Shown one piece after another: positions 60,220 to 64,000 of a stretch of 64,000 nt of DNA (position 1 is the first letter of the stretch; every line of letters starts with the position of its first letter). The DNA comes from Eledone cirrhosa. Its lineage: Eukaryota. The stretch lies in assembly GCA_964016885.1 (NCBI GenBank), contig OZ024740.1, forward strand, positions 51,832,001 through 51,896,000. The letters are read 5' to 3'. Made by a program: the position numbers and the translations under genes. A model generated the notes under the pieces. It searched no databases, was not told the origin of the DNA, and saw only the letters and a program-made list of their open reading frames with translations.

Positions 60220-63200
60220 ATGGCCAATATAAGAGTTGGATGTGTGAACGTACGCGGCCTGGGGATGCCCTGGAAACAGGGCAAACTCTTAAACGACCTC
60301 AGGTCGCACAGTTTGGATGTGGTAGCCATTTGCGAGTCCAGGATCCACGGCGAGCGACAGCTGGCCCCCATCTTCGATGACTTTGAGATCTACGCATCTC
60401 TCTGTCAACCGGGGGGTGGGGGCGGAGTTGCCGTTTTGCTGCGGAAACACCTGGGCCTCGTAACACAGACGGTACATCTGGACCCGGAGGGTCGACTGGT
60501 GGTCCTAGACGTTGACGGTAGTGAAGGTGGAGCGTTCAGGCTGGTGGCCGCATATGCCCCATCCGGGACACCGCGGCCAGACTTCTTCAAACGTCTAGAG
60601 ACTTTTCTGGGAACGTCCCGCTCCTTGCTTTTAGTGGGGGACTGGAATGGAATCCTAGATGCACGTTGGGACTATGTGGGAGCATGTCCCGATAAAGGGG
60701 GGTGTAACAGCCTCAAACAGTTAATCGACCGATTTGACCTGGCCGATAGATATCGACTAGATTCTCCGACTGCGCCACTGTGGACGTGGAGTAATCGTAG
60801 CGGAACATCTAGATCGTACCTAGATAGGGTTCTAGTTAGAAATAAGGATAGGGACATGTTAAGCTGTCCACAAATGTTCATGGTTGCCTATTCAGATCAC
60901 AAACTAGTGACCTGCATGGCCAACCTTGATAGAACCCATAGACAAGGACCCGGCTACTGGAAGCTGAACTTGTCGTTACCGACAAGCAAAGCCTACAGTA
61001 GACGGATTAGCACTTTAGTTAAACAGCACTTAACAGGGGCCATTGTCAACAACAGATCGTGGTACTCTCTCAAGAGGGCAGTTAGATTAGACTCGATAGT
61101 TTTTAGTAAAGAATTAGCGTTAGATAGAAATAGAACCGAGAAGGAACTGGTAGATAAAGTAGAAGAGGCAATTAGAAGTGGCAACGTAGCCAGCGTGCTA
61201 GCAACGAGAACGGCCTTGGACCAGTTCTTCGACGCAAAGCACGAGGGCTGCGTTGTCAGAAGCAAAATACGTGCTCTGGGAAACGAGGGAGCCAAAGCTG
61301 TTAGCTGGGCCCGAGTGACGGAGGCAAAAAGTGGCAACAAGTCCACGATTCGGTCTTTGAAGGACCAAAACGGACGCATGATACGTGAGCCGAAGCAGAT
61401 GTGTGCGGCTTTTCAGCGGCACTTTGCTGTTCAGGGGGAGCGGCTCGCCGGGAGAGGCTATGGATTTCGGTCCATACCTCGACGGCCTACCGCGACTCTC
61501 GGACAGCGAGGCAAAGTTCTGCGAAAAGCCGATTTCAGCCGCTGAGATAGGGGACGCGCTGAGCCAATGCGGCAAACGCAAATCTCCAGGTCTCGACGGT
61601 CTACCCTACGAATTTTACGTAGCAATGCCGGACTTATTCTCCGGTCTCCTGGAAGCGGTCTACTGCAACTGGCAACAGAACGGGAGAATTCCCAGTTCTG
61701 TAACCGGGGGCGTGGTCACGCTAATCAGGAAGGACGAGAATAAGGGGGATGACATAGGCAACTTCCGGCCCATAACTCTGCTAAACACAGAGTTACAGAT
61801 TTTGGCCAAGGTGTTGGCAAAGAGGCTGGCGTTTGTCATCGAGAACCTGGTGGGAGAAGCGCAGACATGCGCAATCCCGACCAGGTCCATACACGACAAC
61901 CTCCACCTCATGCGATACATCATAGAGAGGGTAGGGTGTAAACCCGGCTTCGGTGGGGCCCTGATTAACTTGGATCAGTCTAAGGCTTTCGATAGGGTTG
62001 ACCATCGTTACCTGGATGCGGTGCTCGAGGCGGCAGGCTTCGGACCCGTGTTCAGGGGTTGGATTGCTGCAATGCACAACAGCAACATCTGCTCAAGAGT
62101 TAAGGTGAACGGCTACCTTTCGGAGCCGTTCCATATTACGCGATCCATTCGACAGGGATGCCTTCTCTCCTCCCTTCTGTACGTACTGACTCTCGAGCCA
62201 CTACTGCGGAGGTTGGAGCTATTGCAGGGCATCCCTCTGGAACCGGGACTACGGAAAGCGGCATCGGCCTACGCCGACGACGTGAGAGTAATGGTGTCGA
62301 GCGCCTCGCAAATCGAGGAAGTCGGCACCTTACTGAAGGAATACGAAAGTTTCACAGGAGCGAAGCTGAACAGAGACAAGTCCATCGGTTTGCAACTCGG
62401 ATCGTGGAGAGGCAAACCGATGCCTTCCGATGGCGTCGTCGGACGCTGGACGGAAGGACTGGTAAAGCTGCTCGGGTTCTGGTTTGGTCCGGACCTCCAG
62501 GTGGAGAAGAACTGGAACGAAGTGACGGCCAATGTGTTTACACTCACCCAGAAGTGGGCCGAGTGCAAACTATCCTTGAAAGGTCGAGCGGAGGTGGCGA
62601 ACACTTTTATAGCGTCCGCCATCTACTACCGCTTGACCGTCGTGCCTTGTCCAGCCAAAACGCTCGCCAAAATGGAGCGCGCGCTCTTCCAATTCCTTTG
62701 GAAGAGGCGGGCTCCTTTGGTGAGAAGTTCCATCTGCTGCCAACACCCTTCTAACGGAGGGCTGGGGATGCCGTGGTTGACGATGCGCAAACACGCGCTC
62801 AGGCTGCGGCATCTCTACGTATTCCTCACCGGACAACCGGTGTGGGCCCCGTTCGTGAGGCGAGCCTTCCCACGACTCGTCTCGCTGACCGAGCTGCAGT
62901 CCTGGGTCAAGCAAAGACCGAGGAAAATGGGCGACTGGCACATCGAATGTGCTCAGGTGCTCACAGCCCTCTGGCAGGCGGACCCGGCGATCAGTGGAGA
63001 CTCCACTTCGTCATTTATAGAGGGTTGATCCGCAGCAAATGCGACGACGCGATCGGTGAAACTCTAGGCGTAGAGGAAGATGAACTGGCCAGTCTGTTCG
63101 GTAGGACCTTCCGCCCGGGACCGATGGACAACTTCCAAAAGTCCCTGGCCTGGCAGTGCTACCGAGCAGCTCTACCAGTACGAGACAAGCTCTACAGACA

Positions 63201-63651
63201 TGGGTGCTCGGGCAGGGACCCAGCAAAAAAGATCTGTCCGAGGTGCGTGCGAGACGAAGAAACCGTCGCGCACGCATTCATACACTGCCCCGGCGTCACT
63301 GACCTGTGGGGCTATGTAGAACGACTATTGTCGCGGGTGGGACCAATCCAGTTGACCACCGAGTCCATTGTCATGATCAAACCGCCACCCTCCTTCAAAA
63401 ACGAAGGAGAGGCGGGTTTCCTTTGTGTGATAGCTATGGCGAAAGAGGTTGTATGGTGGACAAGGTTGAAAGGGCTGAGGTCAGACACCTTTCTCTCCGG
63501 CCAACAACTGATTCTTTTTTTCAAATACCACTTTGGAAGAAGAATCAGGATGGAGAGAGAGGTGTTGTACCCCAGCAAGTTTTATGAAAGGTGGGTGAAA
63601 GTGGCGAGAATGGCCCGAGTGAATGGGCCTTCTCTCTATATCAGCCTGTAG
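60220..63651 (+). pseudogene. Tx1 copy B ORF2 (APE-RT-zinc finger), two frameshifts
   Basis: GCVNVRG, GDWN, YLDRV, SDH, KSPGLDG, LDQSKAFDRV, RQGC, YADD, CPRC..ETVAHAFIHC; frameshifts near 61430 and 63010. Confidence 0.92.
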
Positions 63652-63889
63652 GTTGAGGAAAAGGAGGAGGAGAGGAAAGGAGTACAAACTCTTCGTACTC
63701 CTGGAGATGAGAGTTGCACATTTTTTCGGGGGTATGTGTTACCCATATAAACTGTCTCCCTCTATTGGGGAATATCGACTAACTTTTTAAATTGCATTTG
63801 TGATAACATTTTACACGTTTTTATTGTATGTAAACTCCCCCCTTTGTATTTGTCCCCTTCTTTTGTGCCCTGTGGCTAATAAAGAAACA

Positions 63890-63948
<59 letters not shown>

Positions 63949-63969
63949 GTATATATATATATATATATA

Positions 63970-64000
63970 CAGGGTGTTCCAAAGAAATGTATACACACTG
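63970..64000 (+). mobile_element. Probable left TIR of a Tc1/mariner element (runs off the window)
   Basis: TA-CAGGGTGTTCCAAAG... starting in a (TA)n run. Confidence 0.45.

Larger units (their letters stand above)
58054..63887 (+). mobile_element. Near-full-length Tx1-clade non-LTR retrotransposon, copy B (diverged subfamily, decayed)
   Basis: Same architecture as copy A; 5' end begins at AGACGTG immediately after (ATCT)n; 3' AATAAA then (ATCT)n. Confidence 0.93.

Noticed and set aside
53344-63687. Many antisense and alternative-frame ORFs over the Tx1 copies
   Set aside because: By-products of GC-rich or low-complexity coding sequence on the opposite strand; no recognisable domains.
51903-63947. 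CRISPR-like or LTR interpretation of the repeated (ATCT)n/3'UTR blocks
   Set aside because: The repeats are microsatellite plus LINE 3' ends; no cas, integrase, PBS or TG...CA termini, and the RT is L1/Tx1-type.

Overview
AT-rich, repeat-dense animal genomic DNA. The SINE/RTE repertoire suggests an octopod cephalopod, but that is inference. The one host gene is U2AF2 (U2AF65, the large subunit of the 3' splice-site factor) on the minus strand. I could assemble all 12 coding exons by hand (46507 to 8733): every intron is GT-AG, phases are consistent, and the CDS is 1428 nt = 475 aa (RS domain, ULM, RRM1, RRM2, UHM). Its 13.2-kb intron 7 contains transposon-poor blocks packed with polypyrimidine/YAG decoy acceptors and a candidate poison exon, suggesting an autoregulatory module. 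Upstream of the gene (51.9-63.9 kb) is a head-to-tail array of three Tx1-clade (L1-group) non-LTR retrotransposons: one 3' stub and two near-full-length, diverged, decayed copies. Each is flanked on both sides by (ATCT)n, which suggests a GATA-microsatellite-targeting lineage. The two long copies share a 5'UTR twin hairpin and a 33-nt in-frame ORF1-ORF2 spacer. The rest is decayed RTE, CR1/Jockey, CRE, Penelope (with relic hammerhead ribozymes), mariner, hAT and piggyBac elements, SINEs and microsatellites.
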